Source: Desmonostoc vinosum HA7617-LM4 (GTDB lineage Bacteria; Cyanobacteriota; Cyanobacteriia; Cyanobacteriales; Nostocaceae). From it: a stretch of 64,000 nucleotides of DNA. Positions 50,170 through 61,196 of the stretch are shown here, piece by piece. The translations under genes and the position numbers were made by a program. Positions within the stretch are counted from its first letter, which is position 1, and every line of letters begins with the position of its first letter. The notes under the pieces are model-generated. The model was not told the origin of the DNA and did no database searches. It worked only from the letters and a program-made list of their open reading frames with translations. The stretch spans positions 151,136 through 215,135 of the forward strand of contig JAHHHC010000004.1 in assembly GCA_019359515.1 (NCBI GenBank), read 5' to 3'.

Positions 50170-51519
50170 TTAAAAAGATTGATTTGCTTTTGCCTGCCAT
50201 GACATATATTCATTTTGCATATGGTCAACATCAAGTAAATATTTTCCTAATGATAAATATAGGAGTAATGCAATTACAGGAAAACTCAGATTTCCTAAGA
50301 AAATTGCTTCTGTAAAACTTCCTGATAATAAGCAGGATAAACCAGCGATCGCTACACTACTATGGATAAAATAAGCAGGTTTTTTAATACTTAAACTATG
50401 CAGCTGCAAAATCATTTTCAAACATCCAAATCCCAACAGAAGTGTCGGAATAAAACCGATTAATCCTAGTGTTGCTCCCGCAGCTAACCAGGTACTTTCA
50501 CCATAAAGCAAACGGTCTCCCTGGGGAGGTGCGCCGAACAGAGGATTACTCACGAACATGGCCCACATACCTGACCAGGCACCCTCACGGGTGTTTTGAT
50601 TAGAAAGATATCTGTTGGGTTCTGCGGTCTCGCTAGTTACTACATCCGGACTTGTAAATGAAGAGACGATAAAATATAACAAAGCAATAAATAAACCAAG
50701 ACGGATTAATTTACCTGATCTTTGGCGATAAAAAGATAAAACCGCAGTTATACCCATAATTGCGCCAGTGCGGGAATTAGTGATGAATAAAAAGTAACCA
50801 ACAATCAACAAACTAGCTATCCAAAAAATCTTTTTCCAATCCCATTTTTGATATCTTTCCACGCAGAAAATTAAGCAAGGGATTGTCCCAGCCAACAAAA
50901 CAGCGGCATGTTGCGAACTACCAGTAGTTCCTAAAAATCTTCCTTGAGCAACTTTCATGGCATTAAGATTAAAAACTCCCTGATAAGAGCAGGCGATCGC
51001 AAAAATCACACCAGTCATCGCCAGGGCCCAAACCCCAAGGTGAAAGTTTCGCTCATCTTGCAGCCAACGGGAAGGCCCTAACTTGAGCATTAGTGCCAAT
51101 GCCCCAAAGGTAATTAATCCCAAAAAAGCAAAGTTGGCATCCGCAAAAAATAAGGTCTTAAAAAAAATTACAATCTGAACCGCTATCAAATATTTAGTTG
51201 GCTGTGGTAGGAGTATGCGACGCCATCCATTTGCCGTCTGTATGCCTAACAAAATCAGCAAAGCTAGTAGGATGATAGTTAAAGGGCGACCAGCATCGCG
51301 GATCTGTTGTAAAGGAACAACTAGGGCCGGTGGCTCTAGTATCCATTGGTCTTGGTACTTTCCCAGGGAAGCTGCGTAACAGCAAAACGAGAAGATCAGC
51401 CAAGCCAAACGTCGTGAGCGTTGAGCTTGTTGCAACAATACCAGACCAATGGCAATCGCTAAAAAGCCATAAGGACTAAAGATCAGATTTAAAAGTTGAT
51501 CTACAAAATTGACAGACAT
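50170..51519 (-). CDS. O-antigen ligase/polymerase-like (Wzy_C family) polytopic membrane protein
   Basis: About 10 TM segments and a central periplasmic loop with FITNSRTGAIMG. Confidence 0.55.
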   Translation of the reverse strand: MSVNFVDQLLNLIFSPYGFLAIAIGLVLLQQAQRSRRLAWLIFSFCCYAASLGKYQDQWILEPPALVVPLQQIRDAGRPLTIILLALLILLGIQTANGWRRILLPQPTKYLIAVQIVIFFKTLFFADANFAFLGLITFGALALMLKLGPSRWLQDERNFHLGVWALAMTGVIFAIACSYQGVFNLNAMKVAQGRFLGTTGSSQHAAVLLAGTIPCLIFCVERYQKWDWKKIFWIASLLIVGYFLFITNSRTGAIMGITAVLSFYRQRSGKLIRLGLFIALLYFIVSSFTSPDVVTSETAEPNRYLSNQNTREGAWSGMWAMFVSNPLFGAPPQGDRLLYGESTWLAAGATLGLIGFIPTLLLGFGCLKMILQLHSLSIKKPAYFIHSSVAIAGLSCLLSGSFTEAIFLGNLSFPVIALLLYLSLGKYLLDVDHMQNEYMSWQAKANQSF

Positions 51520-51530
51520 GTGTTAGCGTT

Positions 51531-52652
51531 TTATCCAAAATTATTAGCCAAGCGATCGCTTGTCGTATTGCTCTTGACTACTTTTGTCTGGTGTACGCTA
51601 TGTATAAGTTCCCGCCAACGACTTGCCCAAATATTAGCGGCGTAGGGAGCGGCCAATTCTTGCGATCGCTTGCCCCATAATGATAAGTTGGCATGTTGCT
51701 GATGTAAACTTAACATTGCCTTTGCTAGGGCGATCGTATTTTCTTGGGGTACGATTAAACCGTTATACCAAGGGCGAATCACCTCAACTGCTGAGCCACA
51801 AGCATCTGTACAGATAATCGGCAAACCAGCCGCCGCCGCTTCTACTAAAGCCAAGGGCCAAGGATCAAACCTACTAGGTAGGATGAAAGCCCCCGCTGAT
51901 TCCCATACAGACTGCATTTCGGTGGGCTGTAAAAACCCTCGATTCTCAATCCCTGGCTGTTCCTGTAACTGAGATTCTAAGGGCCCTTGTCCGCAGCACA
52001 CCAATTTCCACGGTTGGGATACTTGGGAGCGGTAAATTTGGTAAGCTGCCACTAACACATCAATAGCCTTGACAGGCACATAACGGCCGACAAACAAAAA
52101 AGAACGCGGCCATTGGGGTTGGAGTCTTTTTTCCCACAGCGGTGCCCAAGCATCGTAATCGATACCATAAACCCCACGAGTAATCTTTGCGGGTTCTATT
52201 CCCAAGCGGAGAGCATACTGCCAACTGCGTTCTCCAGCAACCACAACTTGATCCATGCGTTGCAAGTACGAACGGAGAAACCAAGGAGCCAAAAGTTGCT
52301 TCCAAGTACCCCACCAGGGGGTATCCATTGTCATAATCACAGCAGTGTGCTGCAATTCGGCAGCAAACGCCAACTGCCGATAAGGTTTGTGCATCCAGCC
52401 GGGGATAACTATAATATCTGGTGATTCGGCTATCACCAGACGCTTGATCAACTCAACATCTTGTCTTTGTGGCAAATCCAAGAGCTTGCAAGGAATGCCC
52501 TGCATGAGTTGATCAGAAAATGCCGTTTCAGTACGGGCAGCAAAAGCAAGGACAGACACATCAATCTCTGATATCTGACATAAAGCTCGCCAGCAGGCAG
52601 CCATGTAACCGGAGATATCAGCCCAGCAAAAGACAATTTTCAGTGTTTTCAC
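51531..52652 (-). CDS. Glycosyltransferase family 4
   Basis: GT-B C-terminal block FILPSRFDPWPLALVEAAAAGLPIICTDACG. Confidence 0.75.
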   Translation of the reverse strand: MKTLKIVFCWADISGYMAACWRALCQISEIDVSVLAFAARTETAFSDQLMQGIPCKLLDLPQRQDVELIKRLVIAESPDIIVIPGWMHKPYRQLAFAAELQHTAVIMTMDTPWWGTWKQLLAPWFLRSYLQRMDQVVVAGERSWQYALRLGIEPAKITRGVYGIDYDAWAPLWEKRLQPQWPRSFLFVGRYVPVKAIDVLVAAYQIYRSQVSQPWKLVCCGQGPLESQLQEQPGIENRGFLQPTEMQSVWESAGAFILPSRFDPWPLALVEAAAAGLPIICTDACGSAVEVIRPWYNGLIVPQENTIALAKAMLSLHQQHANLSLWGKRSQELAAPYAANIWASRWRELIHSVHQTKVVKSNTTSDRLANNFG

Positions 52653-53776
52653 GAGTATTTACGCAGCAAATTAACCAATCTATCAACACAGCAATCCCAC
52701 GTAAACTGTTGGGCATGGTGGTGCCCTAGTTGGATGTAATGATTACGTAGAGTTGCATCTTTCTCTAGATTAATCAAAACATCGGCGATCGCCCCAACAT
52801 TTTCTGGTTCCATAACAATTGCCGCTGCACCTCCAACATCAGCCAGCGCACCACGATTGGCAACAACAGCAGGTACACCAGCTGCCATTGCTTCTAACAT
52901 GGGGATACCAAATCCTTCATATAAAGATAAAAAAAGTAAAGATGATGCCATGCGTAGGAATTTTGGCAAATCATCTTCAGCTACTAAACCTTGAAGAATA
53001 ACGTTATCTAATGTACTAGCCGCCTCGCTCAATTTTGGCTCATTAGCACCGACAACTAAAATTTTCAAGGAACTATGGCGGAGTTTTAATTCTTTAGCTA
53101 CTTTCAGTACATGTTCGCCTCCTTTCTTATATCTCAAACCGCCAATTACAATCGCATAAGGATCTGAAATTGGAGGCTGCAAATACTTTGGATCAAGATT
53201 AGCAATATTAAAAAAACCCTCATCTACCCCATTACCAATAACTGTAATTTTTTCGGGTTTGATACTAAGCAAATCAATAATTCTTTGTTTACTATACTGA
53301 GAAACAGTACAAATATGATCTACTCGATTAAATACTTGAGAAATCCATATTTTTGTTTTCCATCTTTGCCAAGTGTGACTTTTACTATTTGCCCAAGGTA
53401 AATTTGGTTCCAATGTATGCATATCATGCATAGTAATTACTATGGGAATATTTTTTTTAATCGGCACATACTCGGCGACAGGAGAATACACACAATCTGT
53501 CACTCCGATAAATTTATCCATTTTCGGAAAGCCAGAAAACTTCCACAGGCGTTCAGTTAGCAGTCTGCCATAAGGATAAGTGCAAAGATGAAAATCACGC
53601 AGAGGAGCGCGGGGATCAAGTTTATGATCTGCGCCTACATCCTGTTGAGAAATCAGCAATGAAATATCAAATTCCTGACGCTGAGATAGACCAAGCAGCA
53701 TGTTATTAATGTGTCTACCTACACCTGTACAAGGCAAATATGTACGTTCAGGTTGAATATATGCAGTAATATGCAT
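52649..53776 (-). CDS. Glycosyltransferase family 4
   Basis: FLSLYEGFGIPMLEAMAAGVPAVVANRGAL. There is a 4 bp overlap with the downstream gene. Confidence 0.75.
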   Translation of the reverse strand: MHITAYIQPERTYLPCTGVGRHINNMLLGLSQRQEFDISLLISQQDVGADHKLDPRAPLRDFHLCTYPYGRLLTERLWKFSGFPKMDKFIGVTDCVYSPVAEYVPIKKNIPIVITMHDMHTLEPNLPWANSKSHTWQRWKTKIWISQVFNRVDHICTVSQYSKQRIIDLLSIKPEKITVIGNGVDEGFFNIANLDPKYLQPPISDPYAIVIGGLRYKKGGEHVLKVAKELKLRHSSLKILVVGANEPKLSEAASTLDNVILQGLVAEDDLPKFLRMASSLLFLSLYEGFGIPMLEAMAAGVPAVVANRGALADVGGAAAIVMEPENVGAIADVLINLEKDATLRNHYIQLGHHHAQQFTWDCCVDRLVNLLRKYS

Positions 53777-53794
53777 TTCGCTAGTTAATTAATA

Positions 53795-55111
53795 TTATTT
53801 GGCTAATTTTGAGTAATAAATATGTTTCAAAGCTAAGATACTAACAGCATAAAATTTATACAGTACCGGCTGATGAATTAATTTAGTCATGAGCTTGTCA
53901 TAGAAAGTAACTTTGCCGTTAAAACTATCGAGCTTAGCTAAAATTTGCTGTTGAGTTACCTCTGTAGTAAAACCATGTTCTTTGAGAAGTTGAGATTTGA
54001 CTTCAGACGATTTGCTGGAATTATTTAATAACAAATCGCACAAAGAATTTAGCTGCAAGCAGATATTCTGATTATCAAACTTCTTTAAAATCTGACCACG
54101 ACCAGTTTGACCCATTTTAGTAACTTGGGAATAATTACCAGCTAGTTCTAACATTGCCTCCATAAAAGCATTGGCATTATTAACTACTATTCCTGTTTTT
54201 TGATGTTCTATAACCTCGACCTGACTATTGTCTTTACTGGGAGAGCTTAATGTAATTATAGGAGTTTCACATAAGAGTGATTCTGCTAAAACTATGCCAA
54301 AACTTTCGCCTATGCGAGCAGCGTGCAACATCACATCCATCGTTGAATAGAGGAGACGCAATTCATTGTCATCAACGACTAAGGGAATAATAAATACTTT
54401 ACTACGAATATGTGCAGGTAAATTTTTAACTTGCTCTGCAACTGATGGAGGCGGGGCTACTAATATTAACGATATATTATTTCGTTGTTGTGCTACTTTG
54501 GCAAAAGATTCTACTAGAACAGGATGCCACTTAGCCTCGCAATTAGAACCGATGCGGCCAAAGACAAAATCATTTTCTGGAATGCCAAGTTTTTGTTTTT
54601 TAGTAAGAATATTTTCTGCTTTGCTTCTATAAAAATTATCTGTAACTATAGAATTAGGCAAAACCGTTGCCAAAGGTTTGTATTTCAGAACTTTTGCCCA
54701 TTGTTGCCATTTCCATAAACACCATTCTGTGAGATGTAAATGTAAGTCTATATATCCTGGGGGAATTTGATAATCTACACGGGAAAAAATATTGGTTTCA
54801 AATATTAGGGGATTTATATTATCTTTTAACTTGATGATGATTTGATTAATTTTTTCATCATACATGCCTGGTCGATGAATGTGTACAATATCAGGTGTCC
54901 AATTCAAGATATTGTTCCAAGCATCTTGGTCAAGCTGTAAACAGGAATACTTAATTCCTTCGTTGTCTAAAAATTTTGTTCTACTACCAAGTCCACTAAT
55001 AGTTAAAACCTGTACTTCATGTCCCAGGTTTTTCATACCTATAGAATAGTTTTGAGCAACTCTTTGAGAACCTCGATATTCTAAGTCATCTAATATTGTT
55101 AAATATTTCAT
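53795..55111 (-). CDS. Glycosyltransferase (GT-B, GT4-like) with C-terminal extension
   Basis: ARIGESFGIVLAESLLCETPIITL block. Confidence 0.65.
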   Translation of the reverse strand: MKYLTILDDLEYRGSQRVAQNYSIGMKNLGHEVQVLTISGLGSRTKFLDNEGIKYSCLQLDQDAWNNILNWTPDIVHIHRPGMYDEKINQIIIKLKDNINPLIFETNIFSRVDYQIPPGYIDLHLHLTEWCLWKWQQWAKVLKYKPLATVLPNSIVTDNFYRSKAENILTKKQKLGIPENDFVFGRIGSNCEAKWHPVLVESFAKVAQQRNNISLILVAPPPSVAEQVKNLPAHIRSKVFIIPLVVDDNELRLLYSTMDVMLHAARIGESFGIVLAESLLCETPIITLSSPSKDNSQVEVIEHQKTGIVVNNANAFMEAMLELAGNYSQVTKMGQTGRGQILKKFDNQNICLQLNSLCDLLLNNSSKSSEVKSQLLKEHGFTTEVTQQQILAKLDSFNGKVTFYDKLMTKLIHQPVLYKFYAVSILALKHIYYSKLAK

Positions 55112-55255
55112 CAGATTTAGTTATTTTTTAATTAGGCTTTATGAATGAATATTTGAAAATAAGAGTTTTATTTTCACGCAGAGACGCTCCAGACGCAGAG
55201 AGTTATAAGAGAATTTAGTTTGTTTTCTTTCTATATGTCTCGGCGGTTTGTTTAC

Positions 55256-56239
55256 TTAAAATTTATTCTTGATTTTATGATAAAAGGTATTAACTAAGCG
55301 ATTTCTGCGAACAGTTTCTTTTAAAAAGTTAATAGGACGCAATAAGTTATTTTTCCAGTCATAAAAAGCACTGGATAACCAAGATGATTTCAAAAGTCTA
55401 TACTTTTTGAATAGTGAACGTTCAGGCATAATTGAGTTAAATGATATGCCTGCCCAGTGCAAAAGAATCAATCTTTTTTTATGATCTGAGCCGCCATAGT
55501 CCCATAAATAATATTTTTCATCTTTTTGATAAATTTTTCCTGGTTGTTTTGCCCAACCATTTTGACAGATACCGCCAAGTACGTCTGCAATATGTCCATA
55601 ATGTATCGGCTTCAGATCACAGCAGTAATTGATGAAGGCTTGGTCTGTATTCCGAGGATTTAGTTGATTCCGAATTTTTAGGGCACTCTCTGCTAATTGT
55701 TCAAATTCTTCTAGAGAAAATAGTCCTTTACGCGCAGCCCACCGACCAGAATTGAACCCCCGACCCCGACCTTTTCTAATTAAGTTTTGACGAAATGTTC
55801 CTTGTTCATAAACTTGGTCAATGGCGCAGTCGTAATATAAAAAGTCAAATTTCAGCGTTTCGATAGCTTCAAGGATAGGTTTAAGATCAGCTAATATAAG
55901 TTGCCTAGCATCTAAGTAAATAAAGTAATCTAATACTCCCCAAAATGATGCGTAGCGTCTAAACCAGTAGGGGCCAGTGGGAGTATAACCTAATTCAAAT
56001 GCTTGACCTATGGCTTCTAAGCGCGAGAAAGATAAACTAGTATCATTAAATACTTCAAAATTATAGATATCGCTTAATTGCAGTAGACGATCGCACTGAT
56101 CATTAAATGGGATCAAAATCAGCCGTAAATCTGGGTTATAGGTTCTGAAGCTGTTGAGAAATGCGATCGCCCATTCATAAACTACATCATTAGCAGAAAA
56201 ATAGACTCCAATAGCTGAGTTTTGTACCATATTTGACAA
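55256..56239 (-). CDS. Hypothetical protein of the glycan cluster (possible nucleotide-sugar-dependent transferase)
   Basis: ORF only; its position inside the GT operon. Confidence 0.35.
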   Translation of the reverse strand: MSNMVQNSAIGVYFSANDVVYEWAIAFLNSFRTYNPDLRLILIPFNDQCDRLLQLSDIYNFEVFNDTSLSFSRLEAIGQAFELGYTPTGPYWFRRYASFWGVLDYFIYLDARQLILADLKPILEAIETLKFDFLYYDCAIDQVYEQGTFRQNLIRKGRGRGFNSGRWAARKGLFSLEEFEQLAESALKIRNQLNPRNTDQAFINYCCDLKPIHYGHIADVLGGICQNGWAKQPGKIYQKDEKYYLWDYGGSDHKKRLILLHWAGISFNSIMPERSLFKKYRLLKSSWLSSAFYDWKNNLLRPINFLKETVRRNRLVNTFYHKIKNKF

Positions 56240-56245
56240 AAGTAT

Positions 56246-57088
56246 TTAATCAATACTGCGATATTTTTGTATAGCTTTTACCCATTTTGACGGCAAGAGG
56301 TTTTTGATTTTCCGGGTAATATTTTGATGGATAAAGAATCCATAATATTCTCTCAAAAAATATTTATGTCTTTTTAAAGGACTAGCAAGACGCCTACTGA
56401 TTCGCCAGCGTTCTTTTGTATAAGAGAGCAAATCTCGATTATCACCACCCGAAGCATCAAATTTGGCAATAATTAAAGGAATTTCCTGAAATTTATAACC
56501 ATCTGCATAGAGTCTCACTAAAATATCATGGTCTGCACACCAAGTCAGCGATGTGTCAAATGAGTACTGTTGTTGTAATTTTCGTTTGACAAAAATACTC
56601 TGATGACAAGTAAGAATTTCACACCAAATTTCAGCCAGGTTGCGGGGCTGTTTTTTGATAATTTGCGTTTGATATTTGTTAACGAGAATGGACTCAAACC
56701 CTCCATAGACAACATCGACTGAGTTATCAAGATATTTGGCAACTTGAGCAAGAGTATCTACTGCAAAAAATTGATCACCAGAATTCATAAATATGATCCA
56801 ATCTCCAGTAGCTGCTAAGGCTCCTTTGTTCATTGCATCATAAATTCCAGCGTCTTTTTCACTTACCCAATAGGATATACTCTGGTGATTCTCACGTAAG
56901 AAACCTACTGTACCATCTTGTGAGCCTCCATCGATCACGATGTATTCTATATTTTTATATGTTTGGGATGTGACGCTAGAAAATGTTGTTTGTAAATCTT
57001 CAAACCGATTATAGGTAATCGTTACAATAGAAATAATTGGTAAATTTTTATCAAAGCAATGCTTTGATTGATCGACTTCAGGAGTCAT
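56246..57088 (-). CDS. Glycosyltransferase family 2
   Basis: ISIVTITYNRFEDL..YIVIDGGSQDGT. Confidence 0.75.
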   Translation of the reverse strand: MTPEVDQSKHCFDKNLPIISIVTITYNRFEDLQTTFSSVTSQTYKNIEYIVIDGGSQDGTVGFLRENHQSISYWVSEKDAGIYDAMNKGALAATGDWIIFMNSGDQFFAVDTLAQVAKYLDNSVDVVYGGFESILVNKYQTQIIKKQPRNLAEIWCEILTCHQSIFVKRKLQQQYSFDTSLTWCADHDILVRLYADGYKFQEIPLIIAKFDASGGDNRDLLSYTKERWRISRRLASPLKRHKYFLREYYGFFIHQNITRKIKNLLPSKWVKAIQKYRSID

Positions 57089-57107
57089 TTTTTTATATGT
57101 TTGTTAA

Positions 57108-58310
57108 CTAATTCCAGTTTTTGATTAAATTTGCTAAGGACTTGACATCAATTAAGATGTCTTCACCCATGAGATGAGGATCTTGATATTTTTCCGGTCT
57201 TTTACCTTCTCCAATAAAATAATAGTAATCAAGTTTCATGTTGTTAGCGATCGCCCAAAAACAAACATTTACATAATTGGGTGAAAATAATTCCAGAATT
57301 TTCGTGCCGACGGTACAAAATATCAGATTAGATAAGCCAGCGCCATGAGGCGCTACAATCATCGCTGCAGATGAAAATAACGAAGCCTGTTCAGTTATTG
57401 ACAAGTCTTCAAGATTTAATATTTTAAAATCTAAATCTTGCAAACAATCAATCAATTCGATTTCATTGATTACCCGGCGATGTGATGCTTTTCCCCGACT
57501 TATATATATTTTTTCTGTCTTTTCGATTGCATCATTAACTAATAATTCTTTTTTTAAAAAATCACAAGCCCATTGAGGTATATTACCAGTATATCCCGGC
57601 AAGGATGGTACAACCAAGCGTTTGGCTTTGATGTGAGGATATTTACAACTTTCTAAAATTTTATTTTCAGGAATTCCTAAAATTTTGAGTGTCTCTTTTT
57701 GAAATTTATAGCGTAAGCTATTAACTAAAAATTTATCTATAAAATCTATATCAATACCGCTTTGATTCAGCAAATGAAGACGTGGTAAAACGTCAAACAT
57801 CCAATGAAAATATGCGTTTCCCCCAGCCGCAGACAAAACAGCAACTGTTCCATCTATATACTCTATACTGGGTAATTTCCATTGCTTAAGTATCGAATGA
57901 TCACTAACATTTGTGGCAATCTCAACTGATAAATCAGCCAAAAATTTATCATCAGGAGTAATGATCGTGCCGTTATGACCCCACACACGACCTTCAGGTA
58001 TTAAAGTAATAAATGTTTCTGGATATTCGTGACTATACTCTATCTCAAACTTCCAATGGATTTCACTCTCTATAGTTTTTGGAGGATTTCTGTGTATTGA
58101 ACTTTTGGGATATATGTTAATTAGATTTGCCTGAAGTTTTTTGCTGCTATCACTAAAATCTAGTAACCAATCGCATGTAGTTATGTAAAAACCTTTAGGT
58201 GGGCCTAAGAATTCTGATTTAAACGGTAGCTTCCCAAGCAAATGTACATATTGGAAATATATAGATTTAATAGTTTTTTTAATTAGATTAAGCATTACTG
58301 CGTTGCACAA
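57108..58310 (-). CDS. Glycosyltransferase family 61-like (DUF563)
   Basis: Central GNAYFHWMFDVLPRL and C-terminal APHGAGLSNLIFC blocks match the DUF563/GT61 signature. Confidence 0.55.
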   Translation of the reverse strand: MCNAVMLNLIKKTIKSIYFQYVHLLGKLPFKSEFLGPPKGFYITTCDWLLDFSDSSKKLQANLINIYPKSSIHRNPPKTIESEIHWKFEIEYSHEYPETFITLIPEGRVWGHNGTIITPDDKFLADLSVEIATNVSDHSILKQWKLPSIEYIDGTVAVLSAAGGNAYFHWMFDVLPRLHLLNQSGIDIDFIDKFLVNSLRYKFQKETLKILGIPENKILESCKYPHIKAKRLVVPSLPGYTGNIPQWACDFLKKELLVNDAIEKTEKIYISRGKASHRRVINEIELIDCLQDLDFKILNLEDLSITEQASLFSSAAMIVAPHGAGLSNLIFCTVGTKILELFSPNYVNVCFWAIANNMKLDYYYFIGEGKRPEKYQDPHLMGEDILIDVKSLANLIKNWN

Positions 58311-58344
58311 AGTTTAATAACATTATACGTAGCTAGACATTTTT

Positions 58345-59328
58345 CTAAATTGCTGCCTGTGCAATTTCTTCTGCAATGTCTTGTAACCAGTGAAATTGAC
58401 CTAATTGTTTCATTGTTTTTAAAGCTTTCCTTTGACGTTCGATAAAATCTTGTTTTGTTCTAGTTTCATAATCTTTTCTAACTATATTTTCTAAATCACC
58501 GAGTTTGTCATATGGAACTTTAATACAAATTTCATCCCAATCTACACTAGAGGGCAATACTACATCTGTGTCAACTAAAACTGGCACTCTTCCATATGCC
58601 AAAGTTTCGTAAAACCTAAAACTATAATTTTCTATAGCTCTTGGACATAAAATATAGGTATTCCTCAGCATGTGTTCTTGATAATTTTTTATTTCTTGCT
58701 GAGTTACTTTTGGTTGCTTGGCATATCGAATAATGTCGCCATCTAAATTAGATATCTCAAGTTGTTTGAGAGCATCTAGGCGAAAAAAACATGGTATAAT
58801 TCCGATAGTTGCTGAAAATGTGGAAGTTCCACGATAAATGTAATTCAGATGTCTGCCTTGCAAGAACTGCTGCTTGATAAATGACGGTAAATGTGTGGCG
58901 ACTTTTACACATTTTCTATTTTCATAGGTATTACCTAAAAAACCCACAGAAAGCGTTGGTTTTTCTTGCCATTCGAGATTTAGAGAGTCTGATACTTGAG
59001 CTTGCTCACTTACAAATGGAATAATTTTAAAGCGATTGGAATCAGACCAAGATCTATATCCAGAGAATCCAATAATATAATCTGGCTCTTCAGGAAATAA
59101 TTCTGTTGTAGATGAAACAAGAACTGTCAGCTCATTGTTTTGCTTCTTTAATAATCCCCGAAGCAGATTAAATTTAGCCGCTGAGCAGTTGCATGTATCA
59201 AAAGACAGATCTTCAGAAATCTCTATGATCTCTAGATTCAGTCCCAGATTTGTCAGCTTTTCTTTGAGTAAAGAGTAGTATTTAGGCCCTCTTTGCAAAG
59301 CAACTATTTTGATGTTTATATTTTTCAT
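58345..59328 (-). CDS. Putative exostosin-like (GT47-type) glycosyltransferase
   Basis: C-terminal FYETLAYGRVPVLVDTDVVLP resembles the exostosin C-terminal motif. The assignment is weak. Confidence 0.4.
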   Translation of the reverse strand: MKNINIKIVALQRGPKYYSLLKEKLTNLGLNLEIIEISEDLSFDTCNCSAAKFNLLRGLLKKQNNELTVLVSSTTELFPEEPDYIIGFSGYRSWSDSNRFKIIPFVSEQAQVSDSLNLEWQEKPTLSVGFLGNTYENRKCVKVATHLPSFIKQQFLQGRHLNYIYRGTSTFSATIGIIPCFFRLDALKQLEISNLDGDIIRYAKQPKVTQQEIKNYQEHMLRNTYILCPRAIENYSFRFYETLAYGRVPVLVDTDVVLPSSVDWDEICIKVPYDKLGDLENIVRKDYETRTKQDFIERQRKALKTMKQLGQFHWLQDIAEEIAQAAI

Positions 59329-59429
59329 AGGAGTTTCTGTGCAAACTTAAAGTATGCAAGTAACTAACTATTAACCTGTTAGTACTGACCATTAAAGCTA
59401 CCTGTTGATTCTAACGTTAAATTATTAAT

Positions 59430-60347
59430 TTATTTAGCGATTTCTTGAAAAGCGAGCTTTTTACCCCTCTGTCCTGCTTCATGAAAACGATATGCTTTCA
59501 AGCCGAACCGTAGGAATACATATAGTGAATATAGCTTTGATGATTTCCAAGATGTTTCAGGTGAGAGTTGACCTCGAAAATCTGCCAAAATCACCTGTGA
59601 GTAGGCTAAGCCCTCAACTAAACGCATAAGATAATTCTCTTCTAGACGGGCTTTGGGTATCAAATGAGTCAATTTCAGGGATGTAAACATTCCCGTACCC
59701 AAACCGATATCGCAAGCTGTAAATGCTAAATCTGAGTCGCCACAGGATGTGAGCATTTTACCTCTGCGGTCTAAATTTATGCGTTTGCGATCGCTACCAA
59801 TCATTTCTGCATATTTTTGACCCACAACTTTGCGAATACAAAGCCCAGCTCCGCAAGGGGTAGTATCATGTTGATGCAGCAAGTTCGACCATTGATCTCG
59901 CTCAAACTCTCGAATTGCTAAATTTCCTAAATAAGGTTTTGCCCATGCTGGAGGTGGTACTTCAAATTCAGGTATAACTTGCCCACCCCAGGCCCCAATC
60001 AATGGAAAATCTTTACTAATTCTGAAGGCTGTTTCCAGATAGCTAGCTTCTAAAACATTATCATCATCAACAAACACTAATACTTCTGTTTGCGCTTGTT
60101 GAATTCCTCGCAGTCTCGCAGGTGTTAAACCTAGTTGTTCTTCTCGAACATGGCGTGCATGAGGATGCCAACTCAGATCTATTTCTGAAGCGAGTAATTG
60201 CTCACTAGCATTATCAATGAGCAATAACTCCCAATTTGTATTAGGCAATGTTTGAGATTCAAGAGACGCCAGTACTCGTAAAATGTAATCTTTTCGAGGA
60301 TTATGAGTACATATAATGACACTCAAAAACAAATTCATAGTGATCAC
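59430..60347 (-). CDS. Glycosyltransferase family 2
   Basis: LSVIICTHNPRKDYILRVLASLESQT..LLIDNAS..VFVDDD. Confidence 0.75.
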   Translation of the reverse strand: MITMNLFLSVIICTHNPRKDYILRVLASLESQTLPNTNWELLLIDNASEQLLASEIDLSWHPHARHVREEQLGLTPARLRGIQQAQTEVLVFVDDDNVLEASYLETAFRISKDFPLIGAWGGQVIPEFEVPPPAWAKPYLGNLAIREFERDQWSNLLHQHDTTPCGAGLCIRKVVGQKYAEMIGSDRKRINLDRRGKMLTSCGDSDLAFTACDIGLGTGMFTSLKLTHLIPKARLEENYLMRLVEGLAYSQVILADFRGQLSPETSWKSSKLYSLYVFLRFGLKAYRFHEAGQRGKKLAFQEIAK

Positions 60348-60385
60348 TGTTTCCTATTGCCTGTTCCCTTTCTTAATTTAAATAT

Positions 60386-61135
60386 CTATTTTTTTCTCAG
60401 CAATTTAATCAACGGTGAAAAAAAGTTTAAATATTCTTTTCTTCTTTCTAAAGCTTTCTGCAAGTACTGGTAATCTTGCTCTTTAAGTGAATAAAGTTTT
60501 GGATGAACTATTCGCAGAGGAAATTTATTTTCATTGAAATATTCATGCTGAATCAAAGGATAACTTTTGAAAGCAGATTTTTGCACAAAGAGAAATAAAT
60601 TTTGTGCGTACCACCATTCCACATTTTCATTTTCCCAAAATCTCTTTCTTAAACAGTCAACTACTAGGTATTCATGATTGCTAAAAAGATTTATCCAGTA
60701 ATCAGGCCATTGGCAATTGATATGTTGGTATCCAGTTTGGTAAGGGATAGCTGCTGCAAATAAAATAACTGGGCCAAGGCTAGTCAAGGTTTGTACAAAT
60801 TGCTCAGCACTCTCTTCAGGTAAATGTTCAGCAACTTCCAAAGAAACGACTAGATCAAAATCTCGATTGAGATTAAGTGGTTTGATGAGATTATGAACCA
60901 GAAAGTTTTTGGGCTTGATCCTCAGCATTTCTAAGTTGACGTGTTCGCCATCAATACCGAGAATTTCTTCAACACCATGCTCTTGAAAAACAGATAACCA
61001 ATTACCTATTCCACAACCCACATCCACAACTCGCTTGGGCTGTATTAGCTTCATAATTAAAGGCACAACTTCGTGAGCAGAACTAGAAGATCCTTCATCT
61101 ATATATTTGTAGCCTTCGTCTGTGTAAAATTGCAT
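60386..61135 (-). CDS. Class I SAM-dependent methyltransferase
   Basis: VVDVGCGIGNW is the SAM-binding motif I. Confidence 0.75.
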   Translation of the reverse strand: MQFYTDEGYKYIDEGSSSSAHEVVPLIMKLIQPKRVVDVGCGIGNWLSVFQEHGVEEILGIDGEHVNLEMLRIKPKNFLVHNLIKPLNLNRDFDLVVSLEVAEHLPEESAEQFVQTLTSLGPVILFAAAIPYQTGYQHINCQWPDYWINLFSNHEYLVVDCLRKRFWENENVEWWYAQNLFLFVQKSAFKSYPLIQHEYFNENKFPLRIVHPKLYSLKEQDYQYLQKALERRKEYLNFFSPLIKLLRKK

Positions 61136-61196
61136 ATTATTATTGATTTATGGGGTGATGCAATGCTGAATTTGTGAAAAAACTAGATTGTACTGA